From NCBI GenBank assembly GCA_965223385.1, contig CBDCWR010000004.1, positions 267,258-331,257 of the forward strand: a DNA stretch of 64,000 nucleotides, read 5' to 3'. The stretch's first letter is position 1. Each line of letters opens with the position of its first letter. Positions 1 to 9,311 of the stretch are shown here, one piece after another. The notes under the pieces were generated by a model. That model did not search any database. It saw nothing but the letters and a program-made list of their open reading frames with translations, and had not been told where the DNA came from. The DNA is from Candidatus Multivoraceae bacterium (GTDB lineage: Bacteria > Acidobacteriota > Thermoanaerobaculia > Multivoradales > Multivoraceae). The translations under genes and the position numbers were made by a program.

Positions 1-999
1 CGGTGTCGCGCCGTCGCGGCTGAGGCGCACGAGGCGCCCTCCGCGGAGCTGGGCCAGCAGCCGCTCCGCGCCCGGGGCCCGCTCGACGGTGAGGGCCACC
101 GCGTCGCGAATGTCCCAGGGTGTCTGCGCTGCGCCGAAACGGAGCTCGAGATCGGCCCCGCCCTGCACGCTCTTGGGGAGGGCGGGCACGAAGTCGAGCT
201 GCGGGAAGAGGAACACCCCGCCCTCGCGTCCCTGCAGCTCGGCGAGACCAACCTGGTAGAGCTCGGTGGGTCGCAGCAGATTCTGCAGAACCTGGGACGG
301 CGGTCGCAGTGCGCCCGCGTCGCCGAGGAAGGCGGCGTCGCGGACCGCGTCGGCGTACTCCGCCTCCTGGTCTTCGAAGCCGTTGAGTCGGTCTTCGATC
401 GCATCGACCGCGTCGCTCGTGGTCTCCGCGAGGCCGGCGCGGCTCGCGTTGAACAGCAGGTCGCTGAGGAGCACCAGATTGTCGGGGCTGTGGCGCACCG
501 CCTCGTGCAGCACCGTGACGGCGTCCTCGTGTCGGCCCCGCTCCTCGAGCGAGCGCGCGCGGAGGAAGTGGGGGCGCGCATCTCCCGGAGCGAGCTGCAC
601 CATGCGCCGGAGGATGCGGTCCCAGGTGCGCCGCGCGTCGACGTCGTCGGCAACCTGCTCGCCGAGGATCCGCGCGAGTGCAAACAGCGCCTGCAGGTTG
701 TCCGGATCGATCTGCTGCGCGCGCTCGATCGTCTCGACCGCGGCGACAGTCTCGCCCAGGCGGAACTGGCAGATGGCGAGGTTGACGTACGGCAGCACGT
801 TGTCCGGCAGCACGGTGGCCAGCTCACGGAGAGACGCGGCCGCGCGGCCGAAGTTCTGTGCCTCCATGTCGGCCAGCGCCGTGGCGTGCAGCGCTACCGC
901 GCGCTGCAGCTGCTCTTCGGTGGGCTCCTGGCTCTCGGCCGGTCCACTCGCGAGCAGCAACAGGGCGAGGCTGGCGGCGGCAGCGCGAAGGGCGCTCAC
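1..999 (-). CDS. TPR-repeat protein with signal peptide (partial; C-terminus beyond the left window edge)
   Basis: Own translation of the minus strand from GTG at 999 gives MSALRAAAASLALLLLASGPAESQEP... TPR-like helices are present (NLAICQFRLGETVAAVETIERAQQIDPDN). The frame stays open to position 1. It is not in the ORF track because it runs off the window. The GTG overlaps the upstream stop (GTGA). Confidence 0.6.
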   Translation of the reverse strand, partial: MSALRAAAASLALLLLASGPAESQEPTEEQLQRAVALHATALADMEAQNFGRAAASLRELATVLPDNVLPYVNLAICQFRLGETVAAVETIERAQQIDPDNLQALFALARILGEQVADDVDARRTWDRILRRMVQLAPGDARPHFLRARSLEERGRHEDAVTVLHEAVRHSPDNLVLLSDLLFNASRAGLAETTSDAVDAIEDRLNGFEDQEAEYADAVRDAAFLGDAGALRPPSQVLQNLLRPTELYQVGLAELQGREGGVFLFPQLDFVPALPKSVQGGADLELRFGAAQTPWDIRDAVALTVERAPGAERLLAQLRGGRLVRLSRDGATP

Positions 1000-3425
1000 G
1001 GAAACGTCCAGAGCACCGTCGCGTCTTCGCGGCCCTGCTCGATGCGCACGGCGCGGCCGGGTTCGAGGCCGCGCACCCGCTGGACCTCCCCTCCGGGCCA
1101 GGTGATCTCGAGGTCGACGGCGGTGGCACTCCCCACACCAAACTCGAGGGGCAGACTGTTCATGCCGAGGTACCCTTCGCCGCCCTGGACGGCGCGCCAC
1201 ACCTGGAGGTCGGGAGGCCCCGCGCCCTCGCTGGCTCGCGCCACGACGGTGGCTCCGATCGCGTCCCGCGGCGTGCCGCGGCCCGGGTCGCCGACGAGGG
1301 CGACGGTGAGTGCCCCGCCGCCGGCCGGCGCGATGTTCTCGAAGAGGCGGAGGCGATCGTGGAAGGTGGTGACCGCGAGGTCGAGGTCGCCGTCGCGGTC
1401 GTAGTCGAGGAGCGCGGCGGAGCGGCTGTTGATGCCGTCGAGCTCCACACCGCTGCCTTCGACCAGCTCCGAGGGCATCCCCTCGCCGCTGCCGCGGAAG
1501 AACAGGTTTGGTGTGCGCGCGTTGCTCGTCGCGTACAGCTGGTTCGGGATCTCGGGATGCTCGCGGTACTGGACGAACGTCATGTAGTCGGTGAAGCCGT
1601 TGCTCACGAACAGGTCGTCGTCGCCGTCATTCTCGACGTCGAAGAAGAGCCCCGCCCAGGCCCAGCTGCTGTCGTGGTCGAGCAGCGCGGCGGCGTCGCT
1701 CTCCCTGTAGGTCACGCCGTCAGCTTCCCGTTGCGACAGCAGAAGCGTGTTCGTCTCGGTCACCTCGCGCCGGGCCGACGCCCAGAACCAGATGTTGGTC
1801 ACGAAGATGTCCGGAAGCAGGTCGCGGTTCAGGTCTGCGAAGGCCACGTTCATGCCGTGGTGACGGTCGTCGCTGCCGGTCCGCTCCCCGGCTGGCGTGA
1901 AGGTGCCCGTGCCGTCGTTCTCCAAGAGCTGGTTGCGGCCGAAGTCGTTGGCGACGTAGAGGTCCTGATCGCCGTCACCGTCGTAGTCGAGGTGCGAGAG
2001 AGCCTGCGCCCAGCCGGTGTCTTCGACTCCCGCCTTCGTCTCCGCGAACCGCAGGCCGCCCTGGTTCACGTACAGGCGGTTGGCCATGCCGTTCTTCGCG
2101 TCCTGCGCCACCCACGCCGACTCGCCGGCGAGGTAGTTGCCGAAGTTGCCGACGTAGAGGTCGAGCCTGCCGTCTCCATCGACGTCGACCGCGCAGGCCG
2201 GACCGCTGATGTCGCCTTCGCGTGCCAGACCGCTCGCCTCGGTGACGTCCCGGAAGCCCTTCCCCGGACCGAGGTTCTCGAAGATGCGGTTGGTGTCGCG
2301 CGCATAGGTGACGAAGAGGTCGAGGTCGCCGTCGTTGTCGAAGTCGGCGAGAACCGGCGCCCGCGCTTCGCCCGCCACGGAGATCGCGCTCCAGGCGGCC
2401 TCCGTCGCGAAGCGTTCGCCCCCCTCGTTGCGCCACGCCTGACACCCACGTCCACCGCAGACCACCAGGTCGTCCCACCCGTCCAGATCGAGGTCTCCCG
2501 CGGCGACCCCGCCGCCGGAGAAGGTCGGCGCGATGGGGCCGAAGCGTCGGAAGCGGCTGATCCACGAGCTGGAGGTGTGCTCGAAGTCGATGCCCAGGGC
2601 ATCCGTCGCGTCGCGGAAGAGCAGGCCGGCCTCTGCTGGCGTCGGCGGCCTGCCGATCGGGCTCGGCTCGCCTTTGGCGCGGGCCGCGATCGTCTTGCCC
2701 GCGTCGCGGAGATGGCTCGTGCGCACGTGCGGGGCGAGCTGTGCCTTCGCGTGTCGACCGGCGAGCCGGAAGACGAGGAGCCCGTAGCGATTCACCTGCT
2801 CGGCGAGAGCCGTGGCGGCGTCGTCGCGGAGCGGAAGTGCTCCGGGGTTGCGCAGAATCTCCGCCTCGGCGAGGTTGCCGAGCGCCTCCCACGCGAGGCC
2901 GGTGTCGAGCAGTGCCTCCAGATCCCAGGTCTCGAGCACGACCGGCTCGGCCTCGGGAAAGAAGACCAACCGGTCCGCCTCGCGGCTCGCTCCGGTCGGC
3001 AGGAGAGATCGTGCGACCGCCTCGACGTGGGCTGGCGTCACGCGGGTGGCTCCGCTGCCCGAAGCTGCCGCCTGTGAGGCGCGGTAGAACAAGCGGGCGG
3101 CCTGTTGCGTCATGCGCTGCGCGGTGCCGAGGACCCGGCGCAGCTCGTCGGCCTCGGGAGGAACGACGTAGGTCGTGAAGTAGCGCGACAGGTTCCGCAT
3201 CAGGATCTCGGAGCGTGCGCGTCGGGTGCCCTCGCGCGCTTCGAGCTCACCGAGCTTCTCCAGGGCGACGCGGTACGGTGCCGACGTCTCCGCGCGCTGC
3301 CGGTCTGCCGCGGTCGGCTCCGGCGCCTGCGCGGCCGTGGTCGCGGCGCAGAGTGCTGCGGCCACGAGGCTCGGGGCGAGGCGACGGCCCCGGCCTGGAG
3401 CGGGTCTGCGAGGGGAGGGCAGCAT
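996..3425 (-). CDS. CRTAC1 / ASPIC-UnbV family protein with FG-GAP/VCBS repeats, secreted
   Basis: Internal ATG (residue 127 of the 935-aa ORF) gives the signal peptide MLPSPRRPAPGRGRRLAPSLVAAALCAATTAAQA. FG-GAP-like motifs repeat (DFDNDGDLDLFV, DVDGDGRLDLYV, DYDGDGDQDLYV, DVENDGDDDLFV, DYDRDGDLDLAV). The C-terminus is UnbV/ASPIC-like (GGEGYLGMNSLPLEFGVG...ITWPGG). Confidence 0.8.
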   Translation of the reverse strand: MLPSPRRPAPGRGRRLAPSLVAAALCAATTAAQAPEPTAADRQRAETSAPYRVALEKLGELEAREGTRRARSEILMRNLSRYFTTYVVPPEADELRRVLGTAQRMTQQAARLFYRASQAAASGSGATRVTPAHVEAVARSLLPTGASREADRLVFFPEAEPVVLETWDLEALLDTGLAWEALGNLAEAEILRNPGALPLRDDAATALAEQVNRYGLLVFRLAGRHAKAQLAPHVRTSHLRDAGKTIAARAKGEPSPIGRPPTPAEAGLLFRDATDALGIDFEHTSSSWISRFRRFGPIAPTFSGGGVAAGDLDLDGWDDLVVCGGRGCQAWRNEGGERFATEAAWSAISVAGEARAPVLADFDNDGDLDLFVTYARDTNRIFENLGPGKGFRDVTEASGLAREGDISGPACAVDVDGDGRLDLYVGNFGNYLAGESAWVAQDAKNGMANRLYVNQGGLRFAETKAGVEDTGWAQALSHLDYDGDGDQDLYVANDFGRNQLLENDGTGTFTPAGERTGSDDRHHGMNVAFADLNRDLLPDIFVTNIWFWASARREVTETNTLLLSQREADGVTYRESDAAALLDHDSSWAWAGLFFDVENDGDDDLFVSNGFTDYMTFVQYREHPEIPNQLYATSNARTPNLFFRGSGEGMPSELVEGSGVELDGINSRSAALLDYDRDGDLDLAVTTFHDRLRLFENIAPAGGGALTVALVGDPGRGTPRDAIGATVVARASEGAGPPDLQVWRAVQGGEGYLGMNSLPLEFGVGSATAVDLEITWPGGEVQRVRGLEPGRAVRIEQGREDATVLWTFP

Positions 3426-3660
3426 GGGGTCACGAGGCGCTTGCCGGCGCCGGCGGGGCACCGGAACGAGGGCTCTCGGAGCGCGTTGAAGGAGGTGCGA
3501 GTCTACCAGAGCCCTCGTCCTGATCCGGGGCGTCGAAGGCTCGTACGGGAACGAGATTTGCCGCCGTCTCGGGGCCGCCTCCCTCGGTACACTGAGCGCC
3601 ATCCGTTGACCTCTGCGGGCTGCTCCGAGTGGGCTGCCCGGCCGGAAAAGGAGCCTCCCG

Positions 3661-4989
3661 ATGCTTCGAACTCCAACGTCACAGCGGCTTCTCGTGGCCC
3701 TCCTGCTCGTGGTCTGTGCGCCGGCCTCGGCGCAGGACATGGCGCTCGTGGGAGGCCGGCTGATCGACGGCTTCGGCGGTGCGCCGCGCGAGAACAGCAT
3801 CATCCTGGTGCGCGATGGCGTGATTCAGGCCATTGGCACGGTGGGCCAGCTGGACGTGCCCGCAGGCATGGAGGTGGTCTCGACCGAAGGCATGAGCGTG
3901 CTGCCCGGGCTCTGGGACATGCACGTGCACCTCATGCTGGTCGGCCATTCGGACTACGACCACTGGGACCTGACGTACCCCGAGCGCTTCGGGCCCGACA
4001 TCATGCCGGCCGCCGCACGGCAGCTCCTGCTGGCCGGAGTGACGAGCGCTCGCGATCTCGGAGCCCCCCTCGAGGAGTCGCTCGAGATCCGCGAGCGGAT
4101 CCGCAGCGGTGAGATTCCCGGTCCCAACCTCTACGTCTCCGGGCCGTTCATCCAGCACGAGCCTTATCCCGGCACCGAGGCCTTTCGCTGGGGCGTGTCC
4201 GGCGCCGAGGACGCGCGGCAGAAGGTGGCCCGCCTCGCCGACGCCGGGGTCGACTGGATCAAGCTGATCGACCAGGACCAGATGACGATGGAGGAGGTCG
4301 AGGCGGTCGTCGACGAAGCCCACCGCCGGGGGCTGCCCGTGGTTGCCCACTCCCACCGCCCCGAGGAGATCCGGCGCGGCATCGCCGTGGGTGTCGACGG
4401 CTTCGAGCACACGGGTCTCGGCACGATGCCGGCCTACCCGGACGACGTGTTCGAGCTGATGAAGGGGCGGGCCAACACGCTCTTCTGGACGCCGACCATC
4501 ACGCCGCTTTTCCTGTACGAGTACACCCGCGACAACCCGGAGCGCATCGACGACCCGCGCTGGCGCGTCGGCCTTCCGGGCGACATCGCGGAAGATGTTC
4601 GCCAGTCACTCGACCACCTGGAGCGTCTCGACTACTACCAGCTCATGCCGAAGCGTCGGCCGACCCTGCAGAAGAAGTTCTCGCAGCTACTCGAGTCGGG
4701 CATCGTCCTCCTCATCGGAACCGACAGCGGCGTACCGCTGACGTTCCACAGCGACTCGACCTGGCGCGAGCTCGATCTCTGGGTCCGGGAGTTCGGTGTG
4801 GAGCCGATGGCGGCGATCCAGGCGGCGACCTACTGGCCTGCCGTGCACCAGAAGGTGAGTGACCGCTTCGGCACCGTGGCCGAAGGCAAGGTCGCCGACA
4901 TCATCGCGGTGCGCGGCAACGTGCTGGCCGACATCTCGCTGCTGCGCGACGTCGACATCGTGGTGAAGGGCGGCAAGCGTTACAAGTAA
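3661..4989 (+). CDS. Amidohydrolase-family metal-dependent hydrolase, secreted
   Basis: Signal peptide MLRTPTSQRLLVALLLVVCAPASAQD. N-terminal fold (LIDGFGG...ILVRDGVIQAIG). HxH metal motif (LWDMHVHL). Later motifs VVAHSH and GTDSG. Confidence 0.85.
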   Translation: MLRTPTSQRLLVALLLVVCAPASAQDMALVGGRLIDGFGGAPRENSIILVRDGVIQAIGTVGQLDVPAGMEVVSTEGMSVLPGLWDMHVHLMLVGHSDYDHWDLTYPERFGPDIMPAAARQLLLAGVTSARDLGAPLEESLEIRERIRSGEIPGPNLYVSGPFIQHEPYPGTEAFRWGVSGAEDARQKVARLADAGVDWIKLIDQDQMTMEEVEAVVDEAHRRGLPVVAHSHRPEEIRRGIAVGVDGFEHTGLGTMPAYPDDVFELMKGRANTLFWTPTITPLFLYEYTRDNPERIDDPRWRVGLPGDIAEDVRQSLDHLERLDYYQLMPKRRPTLQKKFSQLLESGIVLLIGTDSGVPLTFHSDSTWRELDLWVREFGVEPMAAIQAATYWPAVHQKVSDRFGTVAEGKVADIIAVRGNVLADISLLRDVDIVVKGGKRYK

Positions 4990-5031
4990 CGCAGACCGTT
5001 CCAAGGAACGCAGAAGAACCCTCGCGTCGCC

Positions 5032-6618
5032 TCAGCTGGCGAGCAGCTCTTCCACCCCGTCGGCGTCGACCGGCACCTGCAGGAAAAACCCCTGGGCGGC
5101 CGGGCAGTTCTGCGCCTCGAGAAAACGGAGCTGTGCCGGGGTCTCGACACCCTCGGCGACGACGTCGAGCCCGAGGTGGCGTCCGAGACCGATGATGCAG
5201 CTCGCGATGGGCGACTCGCTCGAGGAGTCGTTCACGGGCGCGATGAAGCTGCGGTCGATCTTGAGCTTGTCCACCGTGAGCTCTTGCAGGTAGGCGAGCG
5301 ACGACGTGCCCTTGCCGAAGTCGTCGACGGCGATGCGTACGCCGTGCCCGCGGAGGTCGTCGAGCCGCGCGCGGGACTGCCGGCAGTTCGAGAGCAGAGA
5401 GTCTTCGGTGAGCTCCACCTCGAGCGCCCCGCGGGAGAGGCGGCCTTCGTCGAGGGCGCGCCGGGCCGCGTCGTAGACCAGATCGCTGGCGAGCTGAGCG
5501 GGGGAGACGTTGACCGCGATGCGGAGGTCGCGGTGTGACTTCCGGCGCCACAGCGTGAGGCGATCGGTCGCCTCTTCGATCGCCCAGGCGCCGAGGCGGT
5601 CCATCCACCCGACGCTCTCGATCCGCGGCAGGAGCTCTCGCGGGAGGACCATGTCGCCGGGCCCGCGGTTCCAGCGGATGAGCGCTTCCAGTGCCGTCAG
5701 CCGGCGGTCGAGCACGGAGAACTGGGGCTGGAAGAAGAGCTCGATCTCGCCGCGCGCGAAGGCCCGCTCGATCTCGTCGGCGGACGGGCCGTCGTGTGCG
5801 GCGGGGCGCGACATGTCTGCATGGGCGAACCGGAAGCTGCCACCCCCTTCCCGCTTGGCCTGGTACATCGCCGCGTCGGCGCTGCGGAGCAGTCCGTCGA
5901 TGCCGGTGCCGTCCTCCGGGAAGAAGGCGATGCCGATGCTGGAACGGACGCGCAGCGCACTGGAGCCGTGCGGGATGGGCTCGTCCACCGCGCGCGCGAT
6001 CCGGTGCGCGACCGTCGCCGCCGCGCCGCGCTCCTGGACGTTCTCCAGAAGCACGGCGAACTCGTCGCCACCGAGGCGGGCCACGGAGTCGGGCTCGCGC
6101 ACGGCGTGACGGATGCGATTTGCGACCTCCTTGAGCACGGCGTCGCCCGCGGCGTGCCCGTGGAGGTCGTTGACCTCCTTGAAGCCGTCGAGGTCGAGGT
6201 ACAACACGGAGAAGCGCTGACTCTCGCGACCGAAGCGGGCCACCGCGTGCGCGACCCTGCTGTTGAACTGGTTGCGGTTGCCGAGCTCGGTCAGGGGGTC
6301 GTAGTGCGCCATGAACGAGAGCCGCATCTCCGCCTGCTTGCGCTCCACGGCGTGACGCACCGTCCGTTGGAGGCCCTTCGGCTCCAGCTCGCTCTTGAGC
6401 AGGTAGTCCTGCGCACCAAGGGCCAGAGCGTGCCGCGCGATCTCGTCGTCCTGCAGGCCGGTGAGTACGATGATCGGCACCTTGGGGCTCGCCGCCTGGA
6501 GCCGGGTGACGGCGTCGAGGCCGCGCGCGTCCGGCAGGGTGAGGTCCGCGAGGATGATCTGGAAGTCGTCGAGGTGGACGGCATCCAGCGCCTCTTCGAG
6601 GCGGGAGACGGTGGTCAC
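5032..6618 (-). CDS. REC-GGDEF-EAL c-di-GMP signalling protein (minimal ORF from GTG; the receiver domain actually continues upstream to 6741 without a start codon)
   Basis: GGDEF motif (RLGGDEFAVLL). EAL motifs (EALIRW, DDFGKGTSSLAYL, KIDRSFI, EGVET). Upstream in the same frame I read THVLLIEDNRADAHLVQLFLRETSAVQ, the true N-terminus of the receiver domain, preceded by TGA at 6742-6744 with no ATG/GTG/TTG in between. Confidence 0.85.
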   Translation of the reverse strand: MTTVSRLEEALDAVHLDDFQIILADLTLPDARGLDAVTRLQAASPKVPIIVLTGLQDDEIARHALALGAQDYLLKSELEPKGLQRTVRHAVERKQAEMRLSFMAHYDPLTELGNRNQFNSRVAHAVARFGRESQRFSVLYLDLDGFKEVNDLHGHAAGDAVLKEVANRIRHAVREPDSVARLGGDEFAVLLENVQERGAAATVAHRIARAVDEPIPHGSSALRVRSSIGIAFFPEDGTGIDGLLRSADAAMYQAKREGGGSFRFAHADMSRPAAHDGPSADEIERAFARGEIELFFQPQFSVLDRRLTALEALIRWNRGPGDMVLPRELLPRIESVGWMDRLGAWAIEEATDRLTLWRRKSHRDLRIAVNVSPAQLASDLVYDAARRALDEGRLSRGALEVELTEDSLLSNCRQSRARLDDLRGHGVRIAVDDFGKGTSSLAYLQELTVDKLKIDRSFIAPVNDSSSESPIASCIIGLGRHLGLDVVAEGVETPAQLRFLEAQNCPAAQGFFLQVPVDADGVEELLAS

Positions 6619-6741
6619 CTGAACCGCCGACGTCTCGCGGAGGAACAGCTGGACGAGGTGCGCGTCGGCGCGGTTGTCCTCGATGAGGAGGACGTGGGTC
6701 TCGTTGTGCCCCGAGAGTGCGCACCGTCGACGCCCGCCGGG

Positions 6742-7135
6742 TCATCTCCACCGCGCGGCGCACCGTCTGCTCGAGCTCCTCGGGGCTACACGGTTTGGCG
6801 ACCACCGAGACGATCGAGGAGTCGCCGAGCTGGTCGGACGGCAGCTGGAGGTCTTCGGCCCCCGTGATCAGCACCGACGAGCAGGTGTCGTCGATCGCAT
6901 GAAGGCGCTGGATCAGGATGAGCCCGTCGATCCCCGGCATGAGCAGGTCGGTGATCAGCGCGTCGTAGGCCTGGTGTCTGGCCATTTCGAGCGCCGCAAC
7001 CCCGTTCGCGGCGACGTCGACGTCGTAGCCGACGCGGCGCAGCATGCCGCTGAACGACTGGCGCACGCCTCGGTCGTCATCCACGAAGAGGAGCCTGCCG
7101 ATGGGCGCGGCAGCGTCTGGCGGAGGTTGGCTCAT
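6742..7135 (-). CDS. Response-regulator receiver domain; likely the N-terminal module of the downstream REC-GGDEF-EAL protein, separated by a 1-nt frameshift
   Basis: The first 130 aa of ORF 4901..7135 form a clean REC domain (RLLFVDDDRGVRQSF...ALITDLLMPGIDG...VVAKPCSPEELEQTVRRAVE). After that the same frame becomes Arg/Pro-rich junk with no stop until 4901. Confidence 0.7.
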
Positions 7136-7276
7136 GAGGGTGTCCGGCTTCGTCGGCGGGGGGGCGCGAAGACGTCTGCCCAGGGCAGGCTACGCAAAGG
7201 CGAAGTCGCCGGGGGTCGGCCGGAGGGCCGTTCTGGTGTCGGACGATTCCTACGCGGAGTCCGACGGGCGATGCCG

Positions 7277-8281
7277 CTAGAGCAGCCCTTGCTCCCGCAT
7301 CCAGTCGTCGCTGTAGATGGTGCTCAGGTAGCGGCTGCCGGAGTCGGGAAAGATCGTCACGACGCGCGCGTCGGGCGGAAGGGTCGGCAGGACCTGCCGC
7401 ACTCCCCAGAGCGCCGCCCCGGCCGAGCCGCCGACGAGCATGGCCTCTCGGCGCGCGAGCTCGCGCGCCGCGAGCAGAGCTTCGCGGTTGGGCGCCTGGA
7501 CCATGGCGTCGAAGAGCTCGAACTCCGGGCAGCCGATGATCTCCTCGTCGCCGAGGCCTTCGACCACGTAGGTGCCTGGTGGCCCGTGCTCGCCCGTGTC
7601 GTAGAACTCCTTGAACACGCTGCCTTCGATGTCGACCGCCACGATGTGCACGCGCTCGTCCTGCTCTTTGAGGTAGCGCGCGACCCCGGACAACGTGCCG
7701 CCGGTGCCGATCCCGGCGACGACGGCGTCGATGTGCCCCCCCATCTGCTCCCAGATCTCCGGGCCGGTGCTTTCGTAGTGCGCCTGGTTGTTGAGCCGGT
7801 TGTTGTGCTGGTCCGGGAAGTAGGCGCCCTCCAGCTCCTCCAGCAGCGCGTGGGCGCGACGGTTGTAGCTTGCGGGGTGTTCGGGCCCGAGGGTGCCGTC
7901 GACCAGATCGAGCTCGACCCCGAGCGCGCGCAGGCAGTCGAGCTTCTCGGGGCTCGTCTGCTCGCGCACGACCGCCCGGAAGTCGAAGCCGCGGAGGGTC
8001 GCCATCATGCCGAGCCCCATGGCGGTGTTTCCGGACGAAGACTCGATCACCGTGCCACCCTCCTCGAGCTCGCCGGAGGCCAGGGCGTGGTCGACGACGA
8101 AGCGCGCCAGACGGTCTTTGATGGAGCCCATCGGGTTGAGGTACTCGAGCTTCGCGAAGACCTCCTGCGGGGCCTGATCGAGCACCCGCCCTAGCCGCAC
8201 CAGGGGAGTCCAGCCGACGGCCTCACAGAGGCTGTCGAAGACGCGGAGATCTCGGGCGGCGCGAGGGGGTGGGGCTGTCAT
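7277..8281 (-). CDS. PLP-dependent cysteine synthase / cystathionine beta-synthase family enzyme
   Basis: PLP-lysine motif NPMGSIKDRLA. Further motifs SSGNTAMGL and GIGTGGTLSG (phosphate loop). Confidence 0.85.
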   Translation of the reverse strand: MTAPPPRAARDLRVFDSLCEAVGWTPLVRLGRVLDQAPQEVFAKLEYLNPMGSIKDRLARFVVDHALASGELEEGGTVIESSSGNTAMGLGMMATLRGFDFRAVVREQTSPEKLDCLRALGVELDLVDGTLGPEHPASYNRRAHALLEELEGAYFPDQHNNRLNNQAHYESTGPEIWEQMGGHIDAVVAGIGTGGTLSGVARYLKEQDERVHIVAVDIEGSVFKEFYDTGEHGPPGTYVVEGLGDEEIIGCPEFELFDAMVQAPNREALLAARELARREAMLVGGSAGAALWGVRQVLPTLPPDARVVTIFPDSGSRYLSTIYSDDWMREQGLL

Positions 8282-8360
8282 GGGCGGATCGTATCCGCCT
8301 CATGTGCAGATCTCGTGGCGATGGCGCGGCGTTCCTGCGCCGGCCTCACGCCGGGCGACG

Positions 8361-9311
8361 CTACCGGCTGTCGGCGTCGCCGCGAGCCTGGCCCGATGCG
8401 GAGCCGGCGAGCCGTGCCTGGCGCGCGCGCTCGGCCGCCGCGGTCTCGCGGGTGACCTCGGCCAGGTCGTAGAGCACCCCTTCGTCGCCGCGCTCTGCGA
8501 GGAGCTGGCCAAAGCGCTTCACGAGCAGACGCTTGCGCTTGATGACGGCGTCCGACTCGAGGCGATTGAGGTACGGCTCCAGAACGTCGCGCATGGCCTT
8601 CTCGTCGACGTTGCGGAGCGTCTCCAGCAGCTCTCCGTCGACCACCGCGAGCCGTCCGCGGGACGGTAGCTCGGGGCGGCCGCGGAAGGCGCGCGTGTGG
8701 TCGATGAACCACAGGCGGCCGTTCGAGTCGTAGAGCATGTTGTTCTGGTGGCGGTCGAAGTTGTAGATCAGGTTGTCGAAGACCAGCATGACCTGCTTCT
8801 GCAGGTGGCGCAGACCGGCGTTGCCGAGCTTGCCCTCTTCGATGAGCCCGGCTTCGGTGTTCGACTTCTCCATCCACAGCTGCAGCGTGCCGCGGGCGCC
8901 GTCGTGCTCGCGTACCACGGTCGGCGGAATCCGATCGAGGCCGAGGAAGCGACTCAGCTCGTAGGCGGCCACTTCGAAGATGTACGAATCGCGGAAGGTG
9001 TCGCGCGAGAGGTGGCTCTTCGACGCCGTGCGCTTCTGCTCGAACTCGGCGCTCCGGAAGACGCCGTGCGCCCGCACCCCGTCCTTCTCGAGCGTCACCT
9101 TCAGGCTCTTGTTGATGCCCTGCGAGAGAGTCTTCGTGCGCGTCACTTCGGCGTTGCGCAGGAAGTCGAGAACCTGGTCTTCGTCGGTGAACGGCAGCGG
9201 CGTCTTGTCGGCTCCGAGCCAAGGTCCGGTGCTGGCCAGAGCGGGCAGGGTCGTGGCGAGGAGAGCCAGACAGACGACGAGGAGGAGGCGGTGCGAGCGT
9301 GTGGACGTCAT
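8361..9311 (-). CDS. Secreted protein with an atypical (PI3/PI4-kinase-like) kinase catalytic signature
   Basis: Signal peptide MTSTRSHRLLLVVCLALLATTLPALAS. Catalytic-loop-like FDNLIYNFDRHQNNML followed by WFIDHTRAF (a DRHxxN ... IDH arrangement). Confidence 0.55.
   Translation of the reverse strand: MTSTRSHRLLLVVCLALLATTLPALASTGPWLGADKTPLPFTDEDQVLDFLRNAEVTRTKTLSQGINKSLKVTLEKDGVRAHGVFRSAEFEQKRTASKSHLSRDTFRDSYIFEVAAYELSRFLGLDRIPPTVVREHDGARGTLQLWMEKSNTEAGLIEEGKLGNAGLRHLQKQVMLVFDNLIYNFDRHQNNMLYDSNGRLWFIDHTRAFRGRPELPSRGRLAVVDGELLETLRNVDEKAMRDVLEPYLNRLESDAVIKRKRLLVKRFGQLLAERGDEGVLYDLAEVTRETAAAERARQARLAGSASGQARGDADSR

Noticed and set aside
858-3077. 739-aa plus-strand ORF (and 266..1105, 490..1404)
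   Set aside because: These lie antisense to the CRTAC1 and TPR genes. They are Arg/Ala/Val/Glu-rich with no motifs, typical GC-driven shadow frames.
4990-5031. Possible terminator hairpin CGTTCC-AA-GGAACG after the amidohydrolase stop
   Set aside because: The loop is too small and there is no T-tract. It is weak, so I do not report it as a feature.
4901-7135. 744-aa ORF read as a single protein
   Set aside because: Only the first 130 aa (the REC domain) look real. The rest is Arg/Pro junk overlapping the genuine GGDEF-EAL frame. I interpret it as a frameshift, not a long protein.
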